Source of the DNA: Candidatus Aenigmatarchaeota archaeon
GTDB lineage: Archaea > Aenigmatarchaeota > Aenigmatarchaeia > CG10238-14 > SCSR01
NCBI GenBank assembly: GCA_038998335.1
Contig: JAVZHQ010000001.1
Coordinates: forward strand, 672,609 to 736,608
Reading direction: 5' to 3'
DNA length: 64,000 bases
A program made the position numbers and the translations under genes. Below the pieces are notes generated by a model. That model saw only the letters and a list, made by a program, of their open reading frames with translations, was not told the origin of the DNA and ran no database searches. This document shows positions 1-9,774 of the stretch, one piece after another (the first letter of the stretch is position 1; each line of letters opens with the position of its first letter).

Positions 1-82
1 AGCCTATGTAAGTTATTAGAAGGGAAATCGCTACTATCGCTATTAGGATATAAGCTATTGTGCTTAAAGCTATACCTTTCAT
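1..82 (-). CDS. Partial gene (N-terminus only, runs off window start): class III signal-peptide pilin-like protein (MKGIALSTIAYILIAIVAISLLITYIG...)
   Basis: ATG at 82..80 forms an ATGA overlap with the TGA stop (81..79) of the upstream ORF; MKG followed by >20 hydrophobic residues, same pattern as the mini-pilins at 16.2-17.4 kb. Confidence 0.4.
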   Translation of the reverse strand, partial: MKGIALSTIAYILIAIVAISLLITYIG

Positions 83-474
83 TCAAACTCGACCAAACTT
101 ATTTCTTCCCCTGTATAATTGTATCTAACTTTAATCGTATAATTTTGATCTTTTTCTAAAAAATCGAAATAAGCTTTGACTGGAATTAAAAAAAAGCTTT
201 CTATTTCGCTTTTCTCTATTTTTTCTGAGCTACTTATTCTTACGATATAACAATCGTCATTATAAACATCCTTGCCAAAATCGTGCTTGCTCCAACAATT
301 TTCTACACAAACTTTTAAAGAAGTTAAGATTTTATACTTACTTCCTGTTAAAAATTCTTCGCAAGTTTTTGAAGGGGAATATAAAAATGAGATATAGATA
401 TAAACAGCAAATACCGCTACCATAATCAAAATCATGCTCATTAAAATTTTTCCTGTTTCCATATCATCAACCAA
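79..474 (-). CDS. Small membrane protein (131 aa), N-terminal hydrophobic helix; possible pilin-like/minor pilin
   Basis: ORF track; N-terminal TM segment ILMSMILIMVAVFAVYIYISF; 8-nt overlap with upstream TadC/FlaJ-like gene. Confidence 0.35.
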   Translation of the reverse strand: MVDDMETGKILMSMILIMVAVFAVYIYISFLYSPSKTCEEFLTGSKYKILTSLKVCVENCWSKHDFGKDVYNDDCYIVRISSSEKIEKSEIESFFLIPVKAYFDFLEKDQNYTIKVRYNYTGEEISLVEFE

Positions 475-2542
475 GCTCGATTGAAATTCCTAAACTGTAA
501 AATAGGAGTAGGCCAAAGAAAGAAACCATTCCATATACAAGAATTGCAGTAATCAAAGTTTTTCCTATTGTGTAATCCCTTGCAACTTTATCAAAACCGT
601 TTTCTATTCCGCTTAAAAGCATAGCAAGTAAAGCAACAGTTTCAACAGTATAAATGCCTATTGCCGCTTGAAGGACTGTAAGAGGAACTAATTCTTTAAA
701 ACTTCCTATTAGAATGTTTATAAAATTCTCTCCTCCTGTTAAAACGCCAAAACCGAGACTTTTCTCTATTTCTGCAAGCTTATCGGCAAGAATTCTCAAA
801 ACATTTATTATAAAAATTGTTAGAGAACCTATTATCCCACAAATAAGCGGAACTACAAAACTTGCTTGAAGCCTTATTGCGGATCTTGTGTTTTCTAACA
901 ATTCTCTTATCTTTAATTCGATAGAATGAACGTTATCCAAGTAGTTTGCTATTGTTCTTGCTATAACTCCTAGCAAAACTGTGCTTTTTTCGGAAGCGTC
1001 AGACAAAACCTTCATTATATCCTCTATAAGGCGAGAAGGAAAGTACCTTAAAATTCCATGCTTTTCGTCGAACAAAGCCTTTCTAAAAGTCATACCAAAA
1101 TTCCTTATGTTTATCAAAAGTTTTGTTAGGAATGAATGAATTGCCCTTTTCTGCATCCCAAGCTTTTGATACTCTTCTAAGCTTTTGTTTATCGCAACTT
1201 CTATAGGCATTCCTTCTGATAAAAAATTACCAAGAGTTACTAAGCCTGTTCTAAACTCGTCTTCTATGTTTTTAATCTGGTTTCTTATTTTTACTCTTTG
1301 GAAACTTCTAAAGTAAAAATAAGAAATTACCATAGCAGCAAAACCTGCTGTTATAGAAAAGGTTGAAAGCAAATTTTCTAAGTTCATCTCTGCTTCTTTT
1401 TTCAAAATAGCTTCTTTGGCTGTTTCTGATGCTACTGAAAGGGAAGTATAAAGGTCAATAAAGTGGAAAATTCCGTAAAGCATCATAAGCAAGCCTATAA
1501 GAAAAGAGAAGAAAATTATTGGGATATAAAGATTAGTTTTTCCTAACTTTAAAACAAAAAAATTCTCTCTTGGTAGTTCAGGGTGTTTAGAAATGTCTGG
1601 TGAAATAAAAGCTCCTGGTCTTTTCTTAAGTATTCTGTGGATGAAAAATAGGTTTAACAGCGGTAAAAGAACTGTATAACCTAAGATTAGCTGAAAAACA
1701 TTTACTTGCTGATGTAAAAAGATTGCTACCATAGGAAACATAACTATTCCAAGAGCTGGAAGCATTATGCCAAAAAGATGGATCAACATTAAAGGAGAGG
1801 AAATTTCCTCAACATAGAGTTTCATTCTTTCATGAGTTGATTCAAGAATATAACTTAAAGCTTTTCTTAAAGTTGCCTCTCTTCTTTCTTCTGTAGCTTC
1901 TCTTAAAGTTCCGTACAATAAATTTACCGAGCGAACAAAATCTTCGTTCCAAATTGCCCATTTTGGCATGTAATAACTTAAGGCTTCTTCAACTGTTGTA
2001 TACTTTCCAACTTGCAAATCCCACATAGCTTTTTTCATATCGTTTGTTATTGGCCCAGAAATGTGAGTAGTTACAAAGTTTACTGCACCTTCAAAAGTTG
2101 GATTAAGTTTTAAATAAATAACCATGTACAAGATTATTTTTATTGATTCATCCCCTGCCTGAATCCTAATAACTTGGGAAAGAAATGAAGGGTAAGTCAA
2201 GATGTACCAAAAGATTATAAAAGGTAAAATTGAAAGAAAAATTAAGGTTACAAAATCTTGAATTATCAAGGAAAACAAGGCAAAAACTATAAAGGAAAGG
2301 ATAAGAGCAAGGATTGAAGAAGAAAATACTCCTTCTGGGCTTGCTACGAGAGAAGAAAATGCTATATCTGTTTTAAGTTTTTCTTCCAAACTTTTTGGAG
2401 GTTTTATCCTTAACTTTTCTCCTATTTTACAAAACTTTTCGTAAAAAGTTTGTGGCTTTCTTGTTTTTTGCTCAGCTAGAAGGAAATCCAAATATTCCTT
2501 GGAAAAATACTTTTTTTCCTCTTCTTTTTTCTTTCTTATCAT
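467..2542 (-). CDS. TadC/FlaJ-family (T2SS-F domain) polytopic membrane protein, paralog of 17441..19486
   Basis: Multiple TM blocks; colinear similarity to 17441..19486 (IWDLETQRYFSVDDAL vs MWDLQVGKYTTVEEAL; FDEKIGAIKAYPSDLI vs FDEKHGILRYFPSRLI; GIENGEDRVGE vs GIENGFDKVAR). Longest ORF starts TTG at 2545; ATG at 2542 used. Confidence 0.6.
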   Translation of the reverse strand: MIRKKKEEEKKYFSKEYLDFLLAEQKTRKPQTFYEKFCKIGEKLRIKPPKSLEEKLKTDIAFSSLVASPEGVFSSSILALILSFIVFALFSLIIQDFVTLIFLSILPFIIFWYILTYPSFLSQVIRIQAGDESIKIILYMVIYLKLNPTFEGAVNFVTTHISGPITNDMKKAMWDLQVGKYTTVEEALSYYMPKWAIWNEDFVRSVNLLYGTLREATEERREATLRKALSYILESTHERMKLYVEEISSPLMLIHLFGIMLPALGIVMFPMVAIFLHQQVNVFQLILGYTVLLPLLNLFFIHRILKKRPGAFISPDISKHPELPRENFFVLKLGKTNLYIPIIFFSFLIGLLMMLYGIFHFIDLYTSLSVASETAKEAILKKEAEMNLENLLSTFSITAGFAAMVISYFYFRSFQRVKIRNQIKNIEDEFRTGLVTLGNFLSEGMPIEVAINKSLEEYQKLGMQKRAIHSFLTKLLINIRNFGMTFRKALFDEKHGILRYFPSRLIEDIMKVLSDASEKSTVLLGVIARTIANYLDNVHSIELKIRELLENTRSAIRLQASFVVPLICGIIGSLTIFIINVLRILADKLAEIEKSLGFGVLTGGENFINILIGSFKELVPLTVLQAAIGIYTVETVALLAMLLSGIENGFDKVARDYTIGKTLITAILVYGMVSFFGLLLFYSLGISIELG

Positions 2543-2599
2543 CAATTAATTTTTGGCTTTTTCTTGAATTAAATTTAAAAAAAGAAAGAAAAGAAGACA

Positions 2600-2881
2600 T
2601 TACTTTGCTAAAGTAATGTCTATGGTTGAAACATTCACTTTTGTTTTGTCTTCTAGTTCTCTTTCCTCTGTTCCTATCTCTATTGATTTTATTTTCACTC
2701 CTTCGACAAACCTTCTTCTTACTATTTCTGCAACGTCTACTGCTCTACTAATAGCTTTTCCTCTTGCCTTTATGTGAACCTCTGGCTTTCCGTCAGAGAA
2801 CTGAGTTATTACTCCTAACACATAAGCCATACTTGGTTTGCATTCGGTCGATGCTGCTTTGACAGCATCAATGTCCGACAA
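2600..2881 (-). CDS. albA: Alba (Sso10b-family) DNA/RNA-binding chromatin protein
   Basis: 93 aa; core [23 protein letters not shown] matches the Alba signature (IKARGRAISKAVDxxEIVR); start codon is TTG at 2881 (internal ATG would truncate the fold). Confidence 0.85.
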   Translation of the reverse strand: MSDIDAVKAASTECKPSMAYVLGVITQFSDGKPEVHIKARGKAISRAVDVAEIVRRRFVEGVKIKSIEIGTEERELEDKTKVNVSTIDITLAK

Positions 2882-2923
2882 AGATTACATTGTCCTCAGT
2901 TTTTTCCTGTTTTTCTACCATTT

Positions 2924-3712
2924 CTATTCACCTCCTATTAATCTGTTTAATTTTTCCATTTTTTCCGGATAGTTAAAGCCTACAAGCTCCGAAAATCTCT
3001 TCATGGACTTATGGCTTATTACTAGCTCGTATTTTGGATTTTTTCCAAAACTATTCTTAGGTAATATTTTGTAAATAAACGATCTAATTCCTAAGGAAAA
3101 CAAAAGTTTTTGAATACCTTCGATTAGTTTTTTATCTGAATTGTAAATAACTATTTTATAGTTTCTTTTATATTTTTGTCTATTCTTATCGAAACTTTTA
3201 AATATAGTTACAGAACCTTCTGCGTCAGCAACACCTCTTATAAAACTTACAATTTCTTCATCAGTCCTCAAAGAAGATAAATCTAAAAATTTGAACAACT
3301 TTACCGCTTCTATAGAGTTTAAAAATATATACCATAAAAAGTTTCCATTACCGGTCCTGTATTTTTTAATCGTAACATTTAACCCGCTCCAGTTTTTAAG
3401 CTTTTCTTTCAATATTTGGGCGAATTCTTGGTTAGAAGTAGTTATATGAATGAAATTTTTTGCGATGTGTCCATTACCTTTTATCACACCAAACAGATAT
3501 GCTAACTCTGGACTCATACTTTTAGAAATAAGCTTTTTTGATTTTTTTTCACTGATTTTCTTTTTAGTTTCTTCAGTATGATGCTTACCCAACATAGGTC
3601 TTGGGTGTGTATGTACCTTACCACATTTTTTACATAAACAAAAATTATAACCACGAAAACTTGGAATCTTACTAACTAGTTTTCCAGGCGTTTCTGAGAT
3701 TTCTGTTTCCAT
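2924..3712 (-). CDS. Free-standing LAGLIDADG-type homing endonuclease-like protein with N-terminal Cys/His cluster and NUMOD3-like motif
   Basis: Two LAGLIDADG-type motifs (LAYLFGVIKGNG and FIRGVADAEGSV); GKHHTEETKKKISEKKSKK resembles a NUMOD3 DNA-binding motif; CLCKKCGKVHTH putative Zn site; ORF track start is GTG at 3721, ATG at 3712 used. Confidence 0.7.
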   Translation of the reverse strand: METEISETPGKLVSKIPSFRGYNFCLCKKCGKVHTHPRPMLGKHHTEETKKKISEKKSKKLISKSMSPELAYLFGVIKGNGHIAKNFIHITTSNQEFAQILKEKLKNWSGLNVTIKKYRTGNGNFLWYIFLNSIEAVKLFKFLDLSSLRTDEEIVSFIRGVADAEGSVTIFKSFDKNRQKYKRNYKIVIYNSDKKLIEGIQKLLFSLGIRSFIYKILPKNSFGKNPKYELVISHKSMKRFSELVGFNYPEKMEKLNRLIGGE

Positions 3713-3791
3713 TAAATACACACCCTGTGTTAGTTATTGAAATACTGTTAAACTTATTTTAATTTAGAGAAATATCTTTAAAAGCTTTTTC

Positions 3792-6700
3792 TTAATAGTA
3801 GTATTCTTCTTCTGGTTTTTTCCAGAGTTTTATCTTAAGATAACCAAACTTCCATAAAACTATGAAAATTCCAGCAACTACCCCAACAACCACTAAGATT
3901 ATTAAAATTGTTGAAAAGTCTGATGATGGTTTTATAAACCTTTGAAGTAATTCGTCTACAATTTGCCTTAAAGTTTGATACCTCCTATTAGCTTCATTAT
4001 ACTTTGATAAAGCAGTTGAATAATCTCCTTGATTTAGAGCATTCTTGGCTTCATTCAATAAGTTTTTAATTTGGCCGAGCTCTGACCATAATGTTGAGTT
4101 AACTTTATCTCCCAAACTTTCCATATCCTTTTCTAAGGAGCTTACTCTTGAGGTAAGGTTATTTATTTTGCTTTCCAATTCTTTTTGGGTTTGAGGACAA
4201 TCTTGAGAACAAGTTATTTCTTCACCAGGTTCACAAATTTTATTACCACAATAAAATCCTGGACAATCAGAGCAGCTCGGATAACTTTCTCCTTCTTCAC
4301 AGATTCCATTATTGTTGCATGTAACTGAAGGACAATCTCTTGGGCAAGTTGTTCTATTCTCGTCTATATTGCAAACGCCGTCACCACAATAACAATCTTT
4401 TGGACAAGAAGTTGAATTTTCTTCTACATCGCATACCCCATTTCCACATTTTTGCTCTACGCATAAGTTTAACGCTCTGTCACAAACTTTTCCTGTAGGA
4501 CAACCACAATCTAAACAACAATTATCTTTGTTTTCTCCTTTTGAAGATTCACACTTTCCATCCCCGCAAGAAGGTAAAATAGAAGTTACTTTTACTTTTA
4601 AACTTACTGTTTTTATCCCAGCATCACTTTCTATTCTAACATAACCTTCATATTCTCCTGTTCTAAACAAAGTGCCGATTATAGAATAAGTTTTTGATTT
4701 TGAAGGTTGAATAGTATCAGTACCATAAAAGTTTGTACTTGTGTTTTCCACTCCATAAACTTCTATGCTGTAAATAGTTACTGCTACCTTTCCGTTGTTT
4801 GTTAAAGTAATCTTTTGTTCAAACCTTTGACCAGAGACTGCTACAATTGAAATTTCTAAAGGCGAGACAGAAATTTTTGGTGTTTCTTTTATTGAAATAG
4901 AAACTGGTATGCTTATTGTTTTTCCAGCATATTTTACAAAAATTTTTCCGTTGAAATTCTTTTCACCGATTTCAAAAGTTAAAGAAACATTTTGGCTTTC
5001 ACCAACTTTAAGTTCTCTCTCAAAACTTATGCTGGTAAATTGTTTGATTTCATCTGAAGCTTCTACAAGCAAATCAGTTATATCGGAATTACCGATATTT
5101 TTTAAAGTTATGTTTGTTTTAAAAGTTTTATTTGGGTAGGATTCGCCAGAAATTGCTGAAGGAGTAACGTTAAGTAAAAAGTTTGGCTTTTCAAGACCGA
5201 AAGCTAGAACTTTTCCTCCTGTTGATTTACCACTAGCCAAAATCTCAACAAAAAATTGATCTAAATCTAAGCCAATAATTTCTGCCTGAAAATTTGTGCC
5301 ATAGTTTGTGAAATCTCCTTGTTTATATAAAGACAGATCGAAAACTTTCCATACTCTGTAACTAAGGTTTGCGTTTTGATCGCTAGAGGAAACCAATAAA
5401 GCTAATCTTTTTTGGTCTTTGTTCCAATCAGTTTGCTTCACATCTATAATAATTTCTCCAGGGACTATCAGTCCGTCCATTCTTTCAACAAGATTGTTGC
5501 TGACAACTTCTCTTGCGCTAATTTTAACTCCGGAAATTTGTATATTGTCAAATGGGATGTTATAGCTTTTTGGTAATTTTTCATTTATCACCCAGAACTT
5601 TCCGACATTAAGGTAAAGATTTGGAAAATAAGAAAAAGAGTATTGAGTTGTTGTATATCCTGGATAAGTGTAAAGAAAAGAAGTGGTAGAAGGTGTTAGA
5701 GGATTTCCAGATGAATCTTTTACATCAAGAAAAAGAAAAAATTCTTTTTCCTTGGTTGGCCATTCAGGTAAAAGTTTCCAGTTGATTGAATAGCTACCAT
5801 AATTTTCGTTAAGGATGTTTAAACCATAAGCAAAAACAAAAATTGAAGCGTTAAGGCTTGGTGGACTAGCTGAAACTTCGTAAGTATAAACACCAAGCTT
5901 TTCAGGAGCAACAAAACAAGTTTGGTTTATACAAACTGAGCCTGAAAAAGTGCAAGTACACATGAGATTGCCTGTTGAAATATCCTTTATTTTAGCTGTC
6001 TTACCTTCGCAATTATCGCCTTGAATAATTGCTTTTACTGTCTCACCCTTTCTTACTGCAGGAGTTCCTGAAAGAGTTCCTAATAATTGAAAGCTAGTAA
6101 TGTTACAAGGCAATGGTGGCAAAACTTTAACATAAGAAAAACAAGCAGTAGATTTTGGTTCTGAACCAATCTGGTACGGAATTGCAACTTTAAAGTAGGT
6201 TTCAATTTCTTTTTGAACAGTTGGATAATAACATTCTAAGCTTATTCCGTCTCTTGATAGACCTTGGTCAACTAAGTTGTCAACTGTTACTACTTCTTCT
6301 TCAAGATAATCAGCACACTGCTTATGTAGTTTATTATAAGTAATCACGCTTCTCCAAGTAATTGAAGTATCTTTTCCATTTTTCAGCTTGAGTGTAAAGT
6401 TTGCTTTTCTATCACTATAAACTGTTTTGCTAGAAGGCTCTATAACACAATAAGGTTCGTTTGGTATATCTTTAACTTCTATCTTAAATATCGGGGAGAA
6501 GACATCTCTGTTTTTATTTCTTAGGTGAATTCTGCAGGTCCAGTTTCCTGCTTTGTCGACAAATATTTTTCCTGTGTAGGTTTCTTTTATTTGATCCTCC
6601 ATAGTACTTGAAACACAAGGAGTTGACGGCCTTCCTACATAAGGATCACATTCGTCTATCCAACCTCTAACATCATTTTCATCTGGTGGAACTATACCTG

Positions 6701-8702
6701 GCGGAAAACAATGAAGATTTGTATGGCACCTATATTGTTCCCTACCACACTTTTCCGGACTTTCTAAGGTTTCCCAGAGTTGCCAAGTTACTGTCACTAA
6801 ACTATTGACTATTACTCCTGTTGGAGGATACTCTATCCTCCCTATAGAAAATGGCTCTGAAATATTAATAGTTATTGGTGCAGGACCTTCCTGCCCGGTT
6901 ATATTGATTGTTCTTGCTAGAGCATCATCCCACCATTCGTCTATCCTTCCATCTTTGTCTGCATCAAAATTTGAAATTCTCGTATGAGCCCAAATCATAA
7001 CTCTTTGATTTCCTGTTGTTATAGGATAGAAGGAAGCTGGAAGTTTGCATCGAACAGTTATATTTTTCTGTGGTGTTAAAGCTATTTCAGAAGTTAAAAC
7101 TTCACAGGTTGCACCTTCTGGACAACTTCCTCTTTCGTTTGCACAACCTCCTCTATTGTTTTTAGCATCAAAGTAAAGGTCTACTCTTCCTTTTCCGTCT
7201 CTAGTTTCCCATGGATTGTTAAAATCAGAAACGTTCCAAAATTCTACTCCCACAAACCAATCTGTTTGCTCCTTTGAACCAACATTTTTAATAACAATGT
7301 TTACAGTTATATTATAATTCTGAAAGACTTGAGCTGTTCCTTGAGTAATTTTGTTTACAGAAACTTCTTCTATCCATGAATCATACATAACGTTACATTC
7401 ACACTCACTAGAGTTTTTATTTTTATATTCCCTTACTTGGTAAGCTGAAGAATATTTTTCATACTTGTAGTACTCTGGCTTAGAACATTTTACTGGGTTT
7501 TCTGTGTTGTCAGGATAAACTCCAGTAAAGTAAGAGCAATCTACATGATACTTACAATTGTTATCACATGAATAGGGATTTTGGGACCAACCAGGAGGTT
7601 TTTCGTCACAGGCTTCATCAGCACCACATGCAAACTCGCATTGAGCTCCACCATTATTACAGTTTCTTTCTGTACCTCCACTACAAACTGTACAATTCAC
7701 GCATTTTTTTGTTGTATTATCACATCTCCATTTTCCACCTGACCAAATACAATGATTATTATCATCGCAAGGACAATCTTCACGATTTTGTTTACATACA
7801 CCAGTTTTTTTGCAACAGTAATAACCTGAAGCACAATCAGAGTCAGATTGGCAAGAAGTTAAACAATTACCATTTCTACAGGCATAAGGCGAACAATCTG
7901 TTGAATATAGAAAACAAGTTTCTCCACATTTTTTTCTAACAGTTCCATCGCATGTACTATAACCTACAGGTTTTTCATCACATTCCTCACTCGCACCACA
8001 AGCTGACTCACATACAATCTCAACATTACAACCAACTGTTTCACAATCCCAAATCCCTGTAAATTCTATGCAACTTTTAGGAGTACCATAACATCTTTTG
8101 TATTGATTTGAATATTTACACCCTGCTAATTCGCATCTTTCCTTTCTTGTCTGTTCATCAGAAATTTCATTATAGGAGTCACATGACTTAGGAGTACCTT
8201 TACAAATTAAAGAAGAGGGAGGATGGTACAGCCCATTCCTGTCACCAAATTTCTTCCATTGATAGGAACCTAGACATTCGATGCACTGCTTTTCGCTTTT
8301 ATCCCATACGCCCATGTATTTGTGTTCTTTACATCCCCAGTCCCAATAATCTATACTGACTACGCAAGGCTCACCATTCCATTTATTGACATCTGGGCAC
8401 CTATACTCTTCACAAGCACAAGTGTTTGGTACTTCTTCTGGTGGGATGCCATCAGGACAACTACTCATACCATAGTAAATATAACCTTCACACCATTCTC
8501 CAAAATCCTGGCACTCGTTATTTTTATTTATTAAACATCTAGAAGTTCCTGAAAGATCGATTACTGCTTCGAAACAATAACCACAACCTAACACACCTAT
8601 CCAGTCCCCAGCGCATCTATAGTGACAACCAGCCCTCGCATCAGTAAATAGAACTAAAAAAGTTAAGAAAAACGATAATAAAACTATTTTATACCATTTC
8701 AT
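3792..8702 (-). CDS. Giant (~1636 aa) cysteine-rich secreted surface protein with N-terminal signal peptide, tandem Cys repeats, coiled coil and C-terminal TM anchor
   Basis: Signal peptide MKWYKIVLLSFFLTFLVLFTDARAG; >100 Cys in EGF/laminin-like spacing; five ~21-aa CGxGxC..CPxDC repeats (nt ~4194..4568); heptad-rich segment then TM ILIILVVVGVVAGIFIVLW and cytoplasmic tail KKPEEEYYY; many N-x-S/T sequons. Longest ORF starts TTG at 8714. Confidence 0.75.
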   Translation of the reverse strand: MKWYKIVLLSFFLTFLVLFTDARAGCHYRCAGDWIGVLGCGYCFEAVIDLSGTSRCLINKNNECQDFGEWCEGYIYYGMSSCPDGIPPEEVPNTCACEEYRCPDVNKWNGEPCVVSIDYWDWGCKEHKYMGVWDKSEKQCIECLGSYQWKKFGDRNGLYHPPSSLICKGTPKSCDSYNEISDEQTRKERCELAGCKYSNQYKRCYGTPKSCIEFTGIWDCETVGCNVEIVCESACGASEECDEKPVGYSTCDGTVRKKCGETCFLYSTDCSPYACRNGNCLTSCQSDSDCASGYYCCKKTGVCKQNREDCPCDDNNHCIWSGGKWRCDNTTKKCVNCTVCSGGTERNCNNGGAQCEFACGADEACDEKPPGWSQNPYSCDNNCKYHVDCSYFTGVYPDNTENPVKCSKPEYYKYEKYSSAYQVREYKNKNSSECECNVMYDSWIEEVSVNKITQGTAQVFQNYNITVNIVIKNVGSKEQTDWFVGVEFWNVSDFNNPWETRDGKGRVDLYFDAKNNRGGCANERGSCPEGATCEVLTSEIALTPQKNITVRCKLPASFYPITTGNQRVMIWAHTRISNFDADKDGRIDEWWDDALARTINITGQEGPAPITINISEPFSIGRIEYPPTGVIVNSLVTVTWQLWETLESPEKCGREQYRCHTNLHCFPPGIVPPDENDVRGWIDECDPYVGRPSTPCVSSTMEDQIKETYTGKIFVDKAGNWTCRIHLRNKNRDVFSPIFKIEVKDIPNEPYCVIEPSSKTVYSDRKANFTLKLKNGKDTSITWRSVITYNKLHKQCADYLEEEVVTVDNLVDQGLSRDGISLECYYPTVQKEIETYFKVAIPYQIGSEPKSTACFSYVKVLPPLPCNITSFQLLGTLSGTPAVRKGETVKAIIQGDNCEGKTAKIKDISTGNLMCTCTFSGSVCINQTCFVAPEKLGVYTYEVSASPPSLNASIFVFAYGLNILNENYGSYSINWKLLPEWPTKEKEFFLFLDVKDSSGNPLTPSTTSFLYTYPGYTTTQYSFSYFPNLYLNVGKFWVINEKLPKSYNIPFDNIQISGVKISAREVVSNNLVERMDGLIVPGEIIIDVKQTDWNKDQKRLALLVSSSDQNANLSYRVWKVFDLSLYKQGDFTNYGTNFQAEIIGLDLDQFFVEILASGKSTGGKVLAFGLEKPNFLLNVTPSAISGESYPNKTFKTNITLKNIGNSDITDLLVEASDEIKQFTSISFERELKVGESQNVSLTFEIGEKNFNGKIFVKYAGKTISIPVSISIKETPKISVSPLEISIVAVSGQRFEQKITLTNNGKVAVTIYSIEVYGVENTSTNFYGTDTIQPSKSKTYSIIGTLFRTGEYEGYVRIESDAGIKTVSLKVKVTSILPSCGDGKCESSKGENKDNCCLDCGCPTGKVCDRALNLCVEQKCGNGVCDVEENSTSCPKDCYCGDGVCNIDENRTTCPRDCPSVTCNNNGICEEGESYPSCSDCPGFYCGNKICEPGEEITCSQDCPQTQKELESKINNLTSRVSSLEKDMESLGDKVNSTLWSELGQIKNLLNEAKNALNQGDYSTALSKYNEANRRYQTLRQIVDELLQRFIKPSSDFSTILIILVVVGVVAGIFIVLWKFGYLKIKLWKKPEEEYYY

Positions 8703-9690
8703 TTTTAACACCAATCAAAATAATCCGATTATCATAAGAATAGTAAAATACGACATTTTTACCGTTTCTCGCTATTACCGAATTTTCACATTTTTTGCAT
8801 GGAGTTTGTGTTAATTTAGTTTTATCAACTGGTATGACAACAAATTTATTTAGGAAATTACCACAAACTTCATATTGGCAGTCGATTTTATAACCTGCAA
8901 ACTCTTTATCAAAATAATAAAGTAGTGTTAAATTTGCTCCTTCGCAGAAAGAGGATACCTCTACATATTTATTAAATTCTAAATTATCTATCGGACAATT
9001 AAAAACTTTTCTAAAAGATAATTCAGCTCTATCTTTTTCTTGAAGATTGTCTATCAAGATAGGTGGATATAAAGAATAGGTACCCATGTCTACCCATATC
9101 TTATAATTTCCATCAGTACACTTTACAACCAAGACAATAGTTGTAAAGTTTTTAATGTATGAGGAAAAATCGATAGAATGATTTTTAATTTCACAAGTAG
9201 AAAAAGATGGATATTTTTCTTTTATCTCTCTAAAAAGATAATCTAAAAAATTACTTTCTGAAACTTTTTTAAGCAAATTTGATTGGAAATCAAAAATAAA
9301 TGTCTTCAATTTATTTTCATAGACGCAATAAAATGATAATTGATATTCATTCTCGTATTCTTTTGAATCATAAAATTTACAATTTTCCAATTCTTCCCAT
9401 ACTTCTGGTTCTTCCCAAAGAAAGCTCCATCCATTCAGCTTGTAACTAATATTTCCACTTTTATACTCTGTATAGAAAGGCCTTCCGTTACAAACAAGCC
9501 AAAATTCACCATTATCGCCAAAACCATTTATTTTTTCTTTGACAATCTTACAAAATTCCAACTTTTCTTCAAGTAAATTTATCACTCTATTTCTAATATT
9601 ATTTGGAACTACTAAAAAGTACCAATAACAAATCACGATAATGACTATACCAAGTATTAAGAAAATCAAAGTTAATATCTTAATATTCAT
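8689..9690 (-). CDS. Membrane-anchored (N-terminal TM) Cys-containing extracellular protein, 333 aa, unknown function; co-transcribed with giant surface protein
   Basis: ATG start; N-terminal TM LILGIVIIVICYWYFLVV; stop overlaps start of 3792..8702 gene by 14 nt. Confidence 0.45.
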   Translation of the reverse strand: MNIKILTLIFLILGIVIIVICYWYFLVVPNNIRNRVINLLEEKLEFCKIVKEKINGFGDNGEFWLVCNGRPFYTEYKSGNISYKLNGWSFLWEEPEVWEELENCKFYDSKEYENEYQLSFYCVYENKLKTFIFDFQSNLLKKVSESNFLDYLFREIKEKYPSFSTCEIKNHSIDFSSYIKNFTTIVLVVKCTDGNYKIWVDMGTYSLYPPILIDNLQEKDRAELSFRKVFNCPIDNLEFNKYVEVSSFCEGANLTLLYYFDKEFAGYKIDCQYEVCGNFLNKFVVIPVDKTKLTQTPCKKCENSVIARNGKNVVFYYSYDNRIILIGVKNEMV

Positions 9691-9774
9691 AATCCTTCAA
9701 TTTAATTTTTCATTTTTAGTCATATAAAAATTGCAGTTTTATAATTTCTCAAAACCAATTTTAAATTAGAGAAA

